Part shown: in pieces, positions 46,591-55,753 of the stretch
Numbering within the stretch: position 1 is the stretch's first letter
How the letters are laid out: the number at the start of each line of letters is the position of its first letter
Assembly: GCA_963776245.1 (NCBI GenBank)
Contig: CAVZLN010000003.1
Span: forward strand, 288,001 to 352,000
Source: Candidatus Eiseniibacteriota bacterium
GTDB lineage: Bacteria > Eisenbacteria > RBG-16-71-46
Reading direction: 5' to 3'
Length of the DNA: 64,000 bases
Translations under genes and position numbers: made by a program
The notes under the pieces: generated by a model
Databases searched by the model: none
Seen by the model: the letters and a program-made list of their open reading frames with translations, nothing else
What the model was told of the DNA's origin: nothing

Positions 46591-47938
46591 ATGAAACGGA
46601 GAATCGGCAGCATCCTGATCCTCGCGCTCGCCGTGAGTGCGGCGGGCTGCAGCAAGATCGCCCCCATCAACGCCCCGGCCAACGGGAAGCTCACCAGCGG
46701 GACCGCCGACTTCACGACCTACGTCGCGATGGGCACCAGCATCACGGCCGGCAACCAGTCCGGCGGCCTCGTGGTCACCCACCAGCAGCGCGCCTTCCCG
46801 GTGCTGTTCGCCCGCCAGATCGGCCAGGCGTCGTTCACCATCCCGAGCGTCAGCGCCGACGGCATCCCCGCGCTCCTGCGGATCGCCGGCACCGGCGCCG
46901 TGGGCGGCGGCATCCTCATCAACAACACCGGGCGCACCACCGGATCGCCCGACCAATGCCACCCAGGCCACGACCTATCACAACATGGCCGTGCCGGGCG
47001 CCATGCTGCGCGAACGCGGCGGACGCGTCGCTCGTATTCCCCAATCCGATGTTCGCCATCATCGCGCGCGGCCGGGGCACCGTGCTCGCTCAGGTGTTGC
47101 AGCTCCAGCCCACGTTCGTGTCGTTCGAGTACGGCGCGAACGAGGTGCTGGGTCCGGCCACCAATGGCTCCGGGACCCCGCTGGTGACGCCGGTGCAGTT
47201 CGGCGCGCTCTACGCCGGCACCCTCGACGCGCTCCTGGCAGCGCGGCCGGGAGTGAAGCTCGCGCTGTTCACGGTGCCCGACGTGACCACGATCCCCTAC
47301 GTCAATTACTTCAAGCCCGACTCCCTCGACGCAAGTGGGAACCGGGTGCGTCTGCTGGGTCCGGTGGATGCGGACCACCCCGACGGCAAGCTGCTCCCGA
47401 CCGATCACGTGCTGCTCAATGCCGCCACCACGCTCGCCGGCGGCAACGGCTTCCCGATCGGCACGGTCTCGTACGTCTCGGGCTACCCGGCACCGGGGTG
47501 CCGCTCACCGGCGCGATGGTGCTCTCGGCCAGTGAGGCGACCTCGATCCGCGCCGCGGTCGACGGATACAACGCCGTCATCGTCGCCCAGGCCGCGGCGC
47601 GCGGCGCCGCGCTGGTGGACATGAACGGCATGCTCAAGTCCATCGCCGAGCACGGATACCGCTTCCAGACGCAGACGCTCACCGCCACGTACGTCACCGG
47701 CGGCATCTTCAGCCTCGACGGGGTGCATCCCAACGATCTCGCGCACGGCATCCTCGGCAACCTCATGATCGACGCCGTGAACGCGAAGTTCGGTTCGAAC
47801 ATCCCGCGCCTGGACCTCAACGCGCTGGCCACCTCCAGTTCCTCGTCCGCCACACGGGCGCGGGGCGAGGAGCCGGTGAACGCGAGCATCGAGGACTCGG
47901 AAGCGGTCTTCGCGCACATGTTCCCCTGGCGCCAGTGA
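46591..47938 (+). CDS. SGNH/GDSL-like lipolytic lipoprotein; several frameshifts
   Basis: Lipobox AAGC, block I YVAMGTSITAG, NMAVPGA, GANEVL, GGIFSLDGVHP, across three frames. Confidence 0.8.
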
Positions 47939-47955
47939 CCCCGGGCACCTGACAC

Positions 47956-47987
47956 GAAGGGGCGGAGCCGTTCGGCTCCGCCCCTTC
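47956..47987. terminator. Bidirectional terminator hairpin
   Basis: GAAGGGGCGGAGCCG-TT-CGGCTCCGCCCCTTC perfect inverted repeat between convergent genes. Confidence 0.85.
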
Positions 47988-48013
47988 TCGCTGCCCGGCG
48001 CGCGGCCGGACGC

Positions 48014-48873
48014 TCACGGCGGCGTGGCCCAGCCCACGACCGACCGGACCCACTCCGCCACGCGGTCGATGTAGCCGGGGATGGCGGTCAGGTCGGCTAG
48101 CGTCGCGGCGGGGACCCGCCAGAGGTCGACGCGCGGATGCGGAGCGGAACAGCTCCGTCGCCCACCGAGGACGGCGCCGCTTCCTCGCGGCCCGCGAGCA
48201 TCAGCAGCACCGGCACGCGGACCAGGCTCGCGGCCGCGAACGGTTCGTCGGCGCGGGCGATCAGCCGCTGCTGGCGCGCGACCTCGTCGGGGATCACCGA
48301 GGTGCCGTCCCAGCGCATCCGGTCCTCGGTGCTGCGGAACGGATTGTCGATCGCGATGCCCTCGGTGAGCACCGGACGCCCCTTCGCGCGCCGCCGCCGC
48401 CATCATCACCACGCTGCCGAGATCGTGCCCCCAGCCGAGCACGCACGTGCCGGAGTCGGCGCGGGCGCGCGCATAGCGCAGCGCCCCGACCGCGTCGTCC
48501 ACCCAGCGCGACGCGAGCACCACGTGGCGGAGGGAATCCGCGGCGCCCGGGCCCCGCGGAGCGGAAGTCGCGGTAGTCGAACAGCAGCAGCGCGATGCCG
48601 CGGTCGTGGAGCCTGCGCGCCAGCGGCAGCAGGTCGGCCCGCGAGCCGGTGGCCGCACCTGCCATCACCAGCACCGGGGCGTGCCGCGGTCCCGCGATCC
48701 ACCAGCCCTCGAGCGCCGCGCTGTCGCGCGCCGCGCGGAACCCCACCTTCTCGAACGCCAGCTTGAAGGCCGCCGGGGGTCGGCGCCGGCCGCGCCGGCG
48801 CCGCGCGCGCGACCGGCGCCGCGAGTGCCAGCGCCGTCACGGCGCAGGCCATCATCCGCGTGCGACGGTTCAT
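48014..48873 (-). CDS. Secreted alpha/beta-hydrolase-fold protein; frameshifted, catalytic residues atypical
   Basis: Signal peptide, LEGWWI, LLFDYRDF, DAVGALRY, WGHDLG, VPVLLMLAG, YIDRVAEWV; ATGA-coupled to the DUF885 gene. Confidence 0.65.
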
Positions 48874-50516
48874 GCCGTCGGGAGCCTCTCCCACAGTTCC
48901 TCGCGCATCAGGAAGGGCGGCAGGGTGCCGAGCGCGAGCAGCGTGGCGTGGAACTCGTAGAGGTCGAAGGCGGGCCCCAGCCGGCGCTGGGTCTCCGCTC
49001 GGATCTCGAGCAGCAGCATCTTCCCCACGAGATACGCCAGCGGTTCGGTCGGGGTGAGCGTGTAGCGCTTCACCTCGGCCTCGGCGTTGTGGCGCTCGAG
49101 CATCGCCTCGTCGACCAGCATGTCGGCGGCCTGCTCGACCGTCATCCGGTCGGTCTGGAGCCCCACGTCGATGACCACGCGACACGCGCGCCACAGCGCG
49201 TCGCGCAGCGCGATCAGCCGCGTCCCGGGCTCGACCAGGTAGCCCTGCTCGAGCATGAGCTCCTCGCAGTAGAACGCCCAGCCCTCGCTCATCAGGCTGC
49301 TGTTCGCGAGCCGGCGCAGGCGCGATCCGCCGCCGGTCGCGTGCGCGGACTGCACGTGGTGCCCCGGGAACGACTCGTGCACGACCCGCAGCGGGATGGC
49401 GGCCTCGACGTGTCCCATCAGCGCCTCCTCCTGCTGGGCGCGCGGCCGCAGCAGGTCGGGCGGGGTGACGAAGAACTGTCCGACCTGCTCGACGTCGAAC
49501 GCGGCGGGCTTGAGGTACGAGACGTAAGGGAGGATCGGCCGCAGGAACGCCGGCGTGTCCACCACCTCGAGCCCGGCGAGCGGGAGCGGGACGAGATGCC
49601 GGGACTCGACGAAGCGCCGCGCGCGCTCGACCTCCGCGCGGTACGCGTCGAGCACGCGCAGGGGCTCGGGCCAGCGTCGGCGCGCGAGGTCGTACTGCTC
49701 GCGCCACGAGCGCGAGGGATCGAGGCGCTTCGCCTCGGCCACCAGCCGCGCGCGTGCCAGCTCGACCTGCTGGCGACCGAACTCCGCGAGATAGGCGCAG
49801 TCCATCGACAGCAGGTGCTCGCGCTCGAGTCGGAAGTTCATCCAGCGCTCGCCGATGGCGAAGGTGCCGGTCGCACGGGGCCGCAGCTCGCGGTCGAGGA
49901 ACGCCTGGTACTGCAGGAACCCGACGCGCGCGCGCTTGGCGGCGTGCTCGAAGCGCTCCGCCTCGCCCGGGAACGCGCGCATCAGCACGCGCGTGACGTC
50001 GTCGACGAATCCGGGGCCGGTCTCGGCGACCTCGTTCGCGATCGTCACCTGGATGGAGGACGGGGCCCCGATCACCTGCTGCGCGGCCGCGAGGTAGTCC
50101 GGGATCGCCATCAGCCGCGAGACGATGTGCTCCTTGCGCTCGTCGAGCGGCGCGAACGGACGCGCCAGCAGCAGGTACACGCCGATGAGCGCGGTCTGGA
50201 CGAACCGCGCGGGGTCCTTGGCGTGGACGTTCATCTCCTCGAGTTCGGCACGCTGGATCGCCAGCCGCGAGCGCAGCAGCGCGTAGTCCACGCGTTGCGG
50301 GGTGGACAGCTCGTCCCACGGCACCGAGGCCACCAGGCGCTGCTCGAGGTCGCGGAGCCAGGCCGCGCGCTCGCGCAGCCCGTCCGGGGTGTCGAGCGGG
50401 AAGCGCCCGTCGTAGTCGTGGATGCCGGCGCCGGTCGCCGCGACCGGGTCGTGGCGCAGCGACTCCTCGACGTACTCCTCACACAGCGCGTTGAAGACCT
50501 TGAGGGTCTCGTCCAT
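48870..50516 (-). CDS. DUF885 family protein (metallopeptidase-like)
   Basis: ATGAGIHDYD, HESFPGHHVQ, EGWAFYCE, WRACRVVIDVGL, EVKRYT..PLAYLVGK. Confidence 0.9.
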   Translation of the reverse strand: MDETLKVFNALCEEYVEESLRHDPVAATGAGIHDYDGRFPLDTPDGLRERAAWLRDLEQRLVASVPWDELSTPQRVDYALLRSRLAIQRAELEEMNVHAKDPARFVQTALIGVYLLLARPFAPLDERKEHIVSRLMAIPDYLAAAQQVIGAPSSIQVTIANEVAETGPGFVDDVTRVLMRAFPGEAERFEHAAKRARVGFLQYQAFLDRELRPRATGTFAIGERWMNFRLEREHLLSMDCAYLAEFGRQQVELARARLVAEAKRLDPSRSWREQYDLARRRWPEPLRVLDAYRAEVERARRFVESRHLVPLPLAGLEVVDTPAFLRPILPYVSYLKPAAFDVEQVGQFFVTPPDLLRPRAQQEEALMGHVEAAIPLRVVHESFPGHHVQSAHATGGGSRLRRLANSSLMSEGWAFYCEELMLEQGYLVEPGTRLIALRDALWRACRVVIDVGLQTDRMTVEQAADMLVDEAMLERHNAEAEVKRYTLTPTEPLAYLVGKMLLLEIRAETQRRLGPAFDLYEFHATLLALGTLPPFLMREELWERLPTA

Positions 50517-50592
50517 CGTTCTCCGATGACTGACGGAGGGCCTCCGCGCGCAGGCACGGAGGCCCTGGATCCACGGACGGTTCTGGCGCGGA

Positions 50593-51234
50593 TCAGCCCG
50601 CGCGGGTGAGTTCGGCCGCCTGCTTGCCCTTCGGCCCCATCACCACGGCGTATTCGACCCGGTCGCCCTCGTTGAGCGTGCGGAACCCGGCCCCCTGGAT
50701 GGCGGAGAAGTGGACGAAGATGTCCTCCCCGCCGTCATCCTGGATGAAGCCGAATCCCTTCGCCTCGTTGAACCATTTCACCGACCCGGTCGCGCGCGCG
50801 CCCGGATTCACCGGGCGCAGGTCGGCCGGCGGGGCGCTGCTGCGCGGGGTGCGACCGCCGCCGCCGTGTCCGCCGCCGGCGCCACGGCCCTCGCCGCGGC
50901 CACCGCCGCCGCTTCCGCCGCTTCCGCCCTTGTGCTTCTGGAAGCACTCGCGGCAGTACACCGGCCGCACGCCGGTGGGCGCGAACGGCACCTGGGTCTC
51001 GACGCCGCAGTCACTGCACACCGCAGTGTGCATCTCGCCGCCCCGCGAGGAGAAGCCGCCCCCCCCGCCTCCGCCCTCACCGCGCGTCGCCTTGCGGCTG
51101 TCGCGGCACCGCTTGCAGCGGGTGGGCGCATTGGTCAGGCCCTTCTGGCGATAGAAGTCCTGCTCACCCGCGGTGAACACGAAGTCCTCGCCGCAGTCCA
51201 CACACGCGATGTGGCGATCCTCTCCAGTATCCAT
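50593..51234 (-). CDS. Double zinc-ribbon (zf-trcl plus CxxC-x17-CxxC) cold-shock domain fusion protein
   Basis: [39 protein letters not shown]; Gly-rich linkers; [24 protein letters not shown]. Confidence 0.92.
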   Translation of the reverse strand: MDTGEDRHIACVDCGEDFVFTAGEQDFYRQKGLTNAPTRCKRCRDSRKATRGEGGGGGGGFSSRGGEMHTAVCSDCGVETQVPFAPTGVRPVYCRECFQKHKGGSGGSGGGGRGEGRGAGGGHGGGGRTPRSSAPPADLRPVNPGARATGSVKWFNEAKGFGFIQDDGGEDIFVHFSAIQGAGFRTLNEGDRVEYAVVMGPKGKQAAELTRAG

Positions 51235-51286
51235 GACCTTGCGCCGACCTCCCAGGGGACGGGGTGAGACCGATGGGTCCGTCTGA

Positions 51287-51324
51287 CAACAAGAACGCCC
51301 CCGCAGCCAAGCGCTGCCGGGGCG
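51287..51324 (-). terminator. Terminator-like hairpin within the 5' leader of the Zn/CSD gene (possible attenuator)
   Basis: Minus strand CGCCCCGGCAGC-GCTTG-GCTGCGGGGGCG followed by TTCTTGTTG. Confidence 0.55.
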
Positions 51325-51441
51325 ACTCAGGTGCCGGTTCGGGCAAGCCGCGAGACGGAAGACTGGGACGCACCGACAGGATGATCGCTCACGGACCTAC
51401 CCGGCTCGGAATCGACGGACCTTTGCACGAACTGCGTGGGA

Positions 51442-51471
51442 AGTATGGAACGACTCCGGCGCGGCTGTCAA
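51442..51471 (-). promoter_or_regulatory. Sigma70 promoter about 200 nt upstream of the Zn/CSD gene
   Basis: Minus strand TTGACA-N18-CATACT. Confidence 0.7.
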
Positions 51472-52382
51472 CGGCCGCGAAGAGCGGACCGGACGGGGTG
51501 GCCCGGGCGTCCGGGGCCCGCTCCGGGGCCCTCCGGAGCGCCCGCGCAGAGCGCCTGGAGGATCTCGCCCATGGTGATGACGTCGAGCAGGTTGTGGTGG
51601 AAGACCGGGACCAGCCGGTAGGGGTCGCCGCTGCGCACGAAGTCGTGGTAGAGCCCGGGCACCTGCTCCCCCGGCACGTCCCCGACCCGGCGGCGGCGCG
51701 TGACATGGAGCTCGAGGGTCTGCAGCCGGCAGTCGTGCAGGGTCGTCTTCCAGCGCCGGCGCGAGACGTGCAGCAGGTCGAGATGTCGCGGGGGCAGCTC
51801 CAGCGGCACGCCGTGCACGGCGGCGCGGGCATGGAGGAACGGCGCGTCGTACGACTTGCCGTTGAAGGTGACCAGGAAGGTGAAGCCACGAGCGGCCTCG
51901 CGCAGCACGTCGAGCAGCGCGGCCTCCTCGCCGTAGTGCCGCGCGAAGTACTGGCGCAACACGAAGTCCTCGCCGTTCCAGTGCATGGTGCCGGCGAGGA
52001 ACACCGGGCTCGACGCCAGGCCGCCGGTTTCGAGATCGAGGAACAGCGCGTGCTCGAGTCCGAGCGCGGCGAGCGCGATCAGGTCCGCCTCGCCCGCCGG
52101 CGGGGCGCCGAGGCGCCCCCAGTGCGAGCGTCGCGCCTCGACCGACGAGCGCAGACGCTCGTGCACGTACACCGCGCCGCGCTCCGAGCGCCACTCGCCC
52201 CCGGGCAGGAATTCCTCCACGCCCGCGCGCTCGGCCCGCTTCCCGGTCCCGCCCGCGGGGCGGAGGCCCGGTCGCGGGCGGGGCGCTCCCGGCATCTCGC
52301 CGGCGCCGGGCGCGGCGGAGCCCGCGCGGCGCGCGCGCGCCAGCGCGCCGAGCCGGACACGCAGGGTGTCGCCGACGGTCAT
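51468..52382 (-). CDS. RNase H-like (RNase_H_2) exonuclease, YprB/MrfB-like, without a TPR tail
   Basis: FLDLETGGL, VTFNGKSYDAPFL, HLDLLH, CRLQTLE, DVPG, HNLLDV; ATGA overlap with the methyltransferase. Confidence 0.88.
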   Translation of the reverse strand: MTVGDTLRVRLGALARARRAGSAAPGAGEMPGAPRPRPGLRPAGGTGKRAERAGVEEFLPGGEWRSERGAVYVHERLRSSVEARRSHWGRLGAPPAGEADLIALAALGLEHALFLDLETGGLASSPVFLAGTMHWNGEDFVLRQYFARHYGEEAALLDVLREAARGFTFLVTFNGKSYDAPFLHARAAVHGVPLELPPRHLDLLHVSRRRWKTTLHDCRLQTLELHVTRRRRVGDVPGEQVPGLYHDFVRSGDPYRLVPVFHHNLLDVITMGEILQALCAGAPEGPGAGPGRPGHPVRSALRGR

Positions 52383-53131
52383 CGGTCGCGGGCCGCGAGG
52401 ATCACGAGGCGGCGGCTCTCGACCGAGTAGGGCGCGCCGTCGGCGTCTCCCCACGCCTCGCGTGTCACCAGCCCGTGGCGGCTCATGAGCGCGGTGAGTT
52501 CGGCGCAGGTGTAGGCCCGCAACTCGTATTCCTTGGTGACGCGCACCCCGCCCTCGGGCTCGATGAGCATCTGGCGGGTGACCACCCGCGACCGCACCAC
52601 GTCGAGCGTGGTCTCCTCCATCAGCAGCGCGCCGTCCGGGCGCTGGGTCCAGCTGCGCTGCTGGGGGTGGGTGAGCAGGAAGTCGCGGTTCACCAGGTCG
52701 AGCAGGAAGCGGCCGCCGGGCTTGAGCGCGCGGGCGATCTGCGCGAGCACCTGCTCGTTCTCCGGGTCGGCGAAGTAGCCGAACGAGGTGAAGAACGAGT
52801 ACACGCCGTCGAACTCGCGATCGAACGGCAGCGCGCGCATGTCGGCCGCGATCCAGCCCACCTCGACCCCCACCGCGCGCGCGTCGGTGCCGGCGAGGGC
52901 GAGATACGCCGGATTGAAGTCCACGCCGGTCACGCGGTGCCCGCGCGCCGCCATCCCGATCGCGTGCCGGCCGAAGCCGCACGCCAGATCGAGCACCGCC
53001 GCGCCGGCCGGAAGCGCGAGCGCGCGCTCGATGAACTCCACCTCGCGCGCGGTGCCCTCCGGGGTGAACATCGGGCGGTAGATGCGCAGGTAGTCCTCAT
53101 CGAAGAAGGCGACCGGCCATTCGGTGGACAT
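52379..53131 (-). CDS. Class I SAM-dependent methyltransferase (small-molecule type)
   Basis: VLDLACGFGRH, VTGVD, ADMRALP, FTSFGYF, LKPGGRFLLD. Confidence 0.92.
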   Translation of the reverse strand: MSTEWPVAFFDEDYLRIYRPMFTPEGTAREVEFIERALALPAGAAVLDLACGFGRHAIGMAARGHRVTGVDFNPAYLALAGTDARAVGVEVGWIAADMRALPFDREFDGVYSFFTSFGYFADPENEQVLAQIARALKPGGRFLLDLVNRDFLLTHPQQRSWTQRPDGALLMEETTLDVVRSRVVTRQMLIEPEGGVRVTKEYELRAYTCAELTALMSRHGLVTREAWGDADGAPYSVESRRLVILAARDR

Positions 53132-53132
53132 C

Positions 53133-55505
53133 TCAGTCGTTCCTTTCGAGCCAGTGTCCGAGGAGCGCGCGCGCCGCGGCCTTCCCGGGGTTGGGGCGCT
53201 CGCGCTGGAGATCGGGGTCCTGCTGTTGCGCCGGCCACAGCGTGGGGAGGCCCACGCACGACGGGCAGCCCGACGCGCACGGGCAGGCTTCGAGGTGATC
53301 GAGGGCCGCATGCGCGAGCTCGTCGAGCCGCGCCCAGCCCTGCTCGGCGAAGCCCAGCCCGCCCGGGTAGCGGTCGAACAGGAACAGCGCCGGGCGCCCG
53401 AGGTTGGAGGAATCGATCTTACCGCCCAGATCGGCGGGATCGCACATGGACAGCATGGAGAGGAGGGTGATGAACAGGTTGCGCACCCCCATCAGCCCCT
53501 CGACCGGATTGAGCCCGAGGCGCGCGACCGCGCCCCACGCGGCCGCGCCGGGGGCGAGCCAGAAGCCCGTGGTCTCGAGGGTCAGCCGGGGCAGTTCGAG
53601 CGGGTGGTAGCCGATGGCGTCGAGCGAGTGGAAGCGGATCTTCTTCATCGCCACGGTCTGCCACGCGTAGGTGAGCGCGCCGAACGCCACGCGCTCGCCG
53701 CGCCAGTCCCGGGCCTGCGTCTCGCCGCCCACCCGGATGGTGGTGTCGAGCACCGGCTGGGTGTAGTAGTCGACCGTGCGCGGCTCGACGTACGCCACCT
53801 TCTGCGCGAGATCGAGCTCGCGCACGAAATGGGTCTCGCCCTGGTGCAGGTAGATGGCCTCCGGGTAGACCAGTTCGAGCCCGCTGATGGCATCCACGTT
53901 GCCGATGACGGCGTTGGCGCGCGTGACGTCGACGATCGTGTAGGTGTCGTCCGAGATGGTGCGCAGGCTCACCTTGCGCGCCGGCATGTCGGCGCTCGCC
54001 CAGTAGGCGCGGCCGTCGATGATCTTGACCTCGCCCGCTTCCTCGAGCGCGCCGAGGATCTCGGGCAGCTGCGGGCCGAAGCGCGCCGCGTCCGTCTCGC
54101 CGAGCGGCAGTTCGTGCGCCGCGCACGCCAGCTGGCGCGCCAGGATGTAGGGATTGTGCGGGTCCACCACCGCGCTCTCCGCGGGGCGCCCGAACAGGTG
54201 CTCGGGGTGCCGCATCAGGTACTGGTCCGCGGTCTCGTTGTACGCCACCAGCACCGCCAGCGCGGGCTCGCCCTGGCGGCCCGCGCGCCCGGCCTGCTGC
54301 CACGCGCTCGCGCGCGTGGCCGGCGCGCCGATCATCACCACCGCGTCGAGCCCGCCGATGTCCACCCCGAGCTCGAGCGCGTTGGTGGTGACCACCCCGC
54401 GCAGCTCGCCCGAGAACAGCGCCCGCTCGATGGCGCGCCGCTCCTCCGGCAGGTACCCGCCGCGGTAGGGCCGGATGCGGTCGGCGAGCGCGGGCGCCTG
54501 CTGCTCGAGGCGCTCGCGCGCGTAGCGATACACCAGTTCGGCGGCGACCCGCGACTTGGTGAACGCCAGCGCCTGCGCCCCGCTCTCGAGCAGGCCGGCG
54601 AGGATCCGGCAGCCCTCGCCGTTCGAGGAACGGCGCTGGACGCGCGCCTCGTCCACGAACGGCGGGTTCCAGAACACGAAGTGCTTCGCCCCGCGCGGCG
54701 CGCCATCGTCGTCCACCACGGTGACGTCGCGACCGGTGAGCGCCCCCGCCAGCTCGCCCGGGTTGCGGAGGGTGGCGCTGGTGAGCACGTAGCGGTACCC
54801 GCCGCCGACATGGGCCACCACGCGCTCGAGCCGCCGCAGCACGTTGGCGACGTGCGAGCCGAAGATGCCGCGGTAGGCGTGCATCTCGTCCACCACCACG
54901 AAGCGCAGCTCGCGCAGGAAGCGGCCCCAGCGCCCGTGCTGCGGCAGGATCGCGGCATGCAGCATGTCGGGGTTCGAGAGGATGAGGTTGGACGCGTCGC
55001 GGATGCGGCGGCGGGTCGCGGCCTCGGTGTCGCCGTCGTACACCCCGGCGCGCACCGCGCGCAGGAGATCGGGATGGCCGCTGGCCAGCCGGGTGAGTCC
55101 CTTGAGCTGGTCCTGGGCCAGCGCCTTGGTCGGGAACAGGTAGAGGGCGGTGGCCTGCGGGTCCTCGAGCAGCCGTTCGAGCACCGGCACGTGATAGCAC
55201 AGGCTCTTGCCGCTCGCGGTGCCGGTCACCAGCACCACGTCGAGTCCGCCGCGCAGCGCCTCGATGGCCTGCACCTGGTGGGTGTAGAGCTCGCGGATGC
55301 CCCGCTGTCCGAGCGCTTCCTCGAGCACGCCGGGCAGCGGCAGCGCGAGCCGGCCGTGGCGTGCCGGGCAGGCCGGCAGGATCTCCCGGTGAACGATCGC
55401 CTCGTCCGCTCCGGGCAGGGCGGTGAGCGCGGCGAGCCACGGCGGCGCGCCGGGCACGGACGGCTCGGGCGGCCACTCGGCGCGGCGAGCGGGGCTGGCC
55501 TGCAT
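53133..55505 (-). CDS. DEAH-box helicase with DUF1998 Zn domain (MrfA/YprA/SftH/Hrq1 family)
   Basis: LYTHQ, TGTASGKS, PTKALAQDQ, DEMH, SAT, YRGGY, ALELGVDIG, QQAGRAGR, CD..D, YPGGLG, CPCASGCPSC. Confidence 0.93.
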   Translation of the reverse strand: MQASPARRAEWPPEPSVPGAPPWLAALTALPGADEAIVHREILPACPARHGRLALPLPGVLEEALGQRGIRELYTHQVQAIEALRGGLDVVLVTGTASGKSLCYHVPVLERLLEDPQATALYLFPTKALAQDQLKGLTRLASGHPDLLRAVRAGVYDGDTEAATRRRIRDASNLILSNPDMLHAAILPQHGRWGRFLRELRFVVVDEMHAYRGIFGSHVANVLRRLERVVAHVGGGYRYVLTSATLRNPGELAGALTGRDVTVVDDDGAPRGAKHFVFWNPPFVDEARVQRRSSNGEGCRILAGLLESGAQALAFTKSRVAAELVYRYARERLEQQAPALADRIRPYRGGYLPEERRAIERALFSGELRGVVTTNALELGVDIGGLDAVVMIGAPATRASAWQQAGRAGRQGEPALAVLVAYNETADQYLMRHPEHLFGRPAESAVVDPHNPYILARQLACAAHELPLGETDAARFGPQLPEILGALEEAGEVKIIDGRAYWASADMPARKVSLRTISDDTYTIVDVTRANAVIGNVDAISGLELVYPEAIYLHQGETHFVRELDLAQKVAYVEPRTVDYYTQPVLDTTIRVGGETQARDWRGERVAFGALTYAWQTVAMKKIRFHSLDAIGYHPLELPRLTLETTGFWLAPGAAAWGAVARLGLNPVEGLMGVRNLFITLLSMLSMCDPADLGGKIDSSNLGRPALFLFDRYPGGLGFAEQGWARLDELAHAALDHLEACPCASGCPSCVGLPTLWPAQQQDPDLQRERPNPGKAAARALLGHWLERND

Positions 55506-55753
55506 GGGATGGGGTCCTCGGGGACCGCGCGCAGAGCGGTCCGCAGGGTCGGAACGAGAGCGCTCGGGACGCTCAGGCAGGGCGGCAGTATAGCCACCGC
55601 GCCCGGGGGGCGGAAGAGACAAATGTGCAGTAAGGGCGTCCCGGCCGCCAGGCCGGGGCGAAACCTCCGCGATGGGAAGGGCCCCGGCGGGCGTCCGCGG
55701 ATCGTGCCTGGAGAACCGGCGGTCGCGGCCCCCGCGGCGCGCGACCTCAGCCC

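Noticed and set aside
51468..55505. DISARM or Druantia-type defence system (helicase, DUF1998, methylase)
   Set aside because: DUF1998 is fused in MrfA/Hrq1 style, the methyltransferase is not a DNA methylase, and no PLD or SNF2 partner is present.
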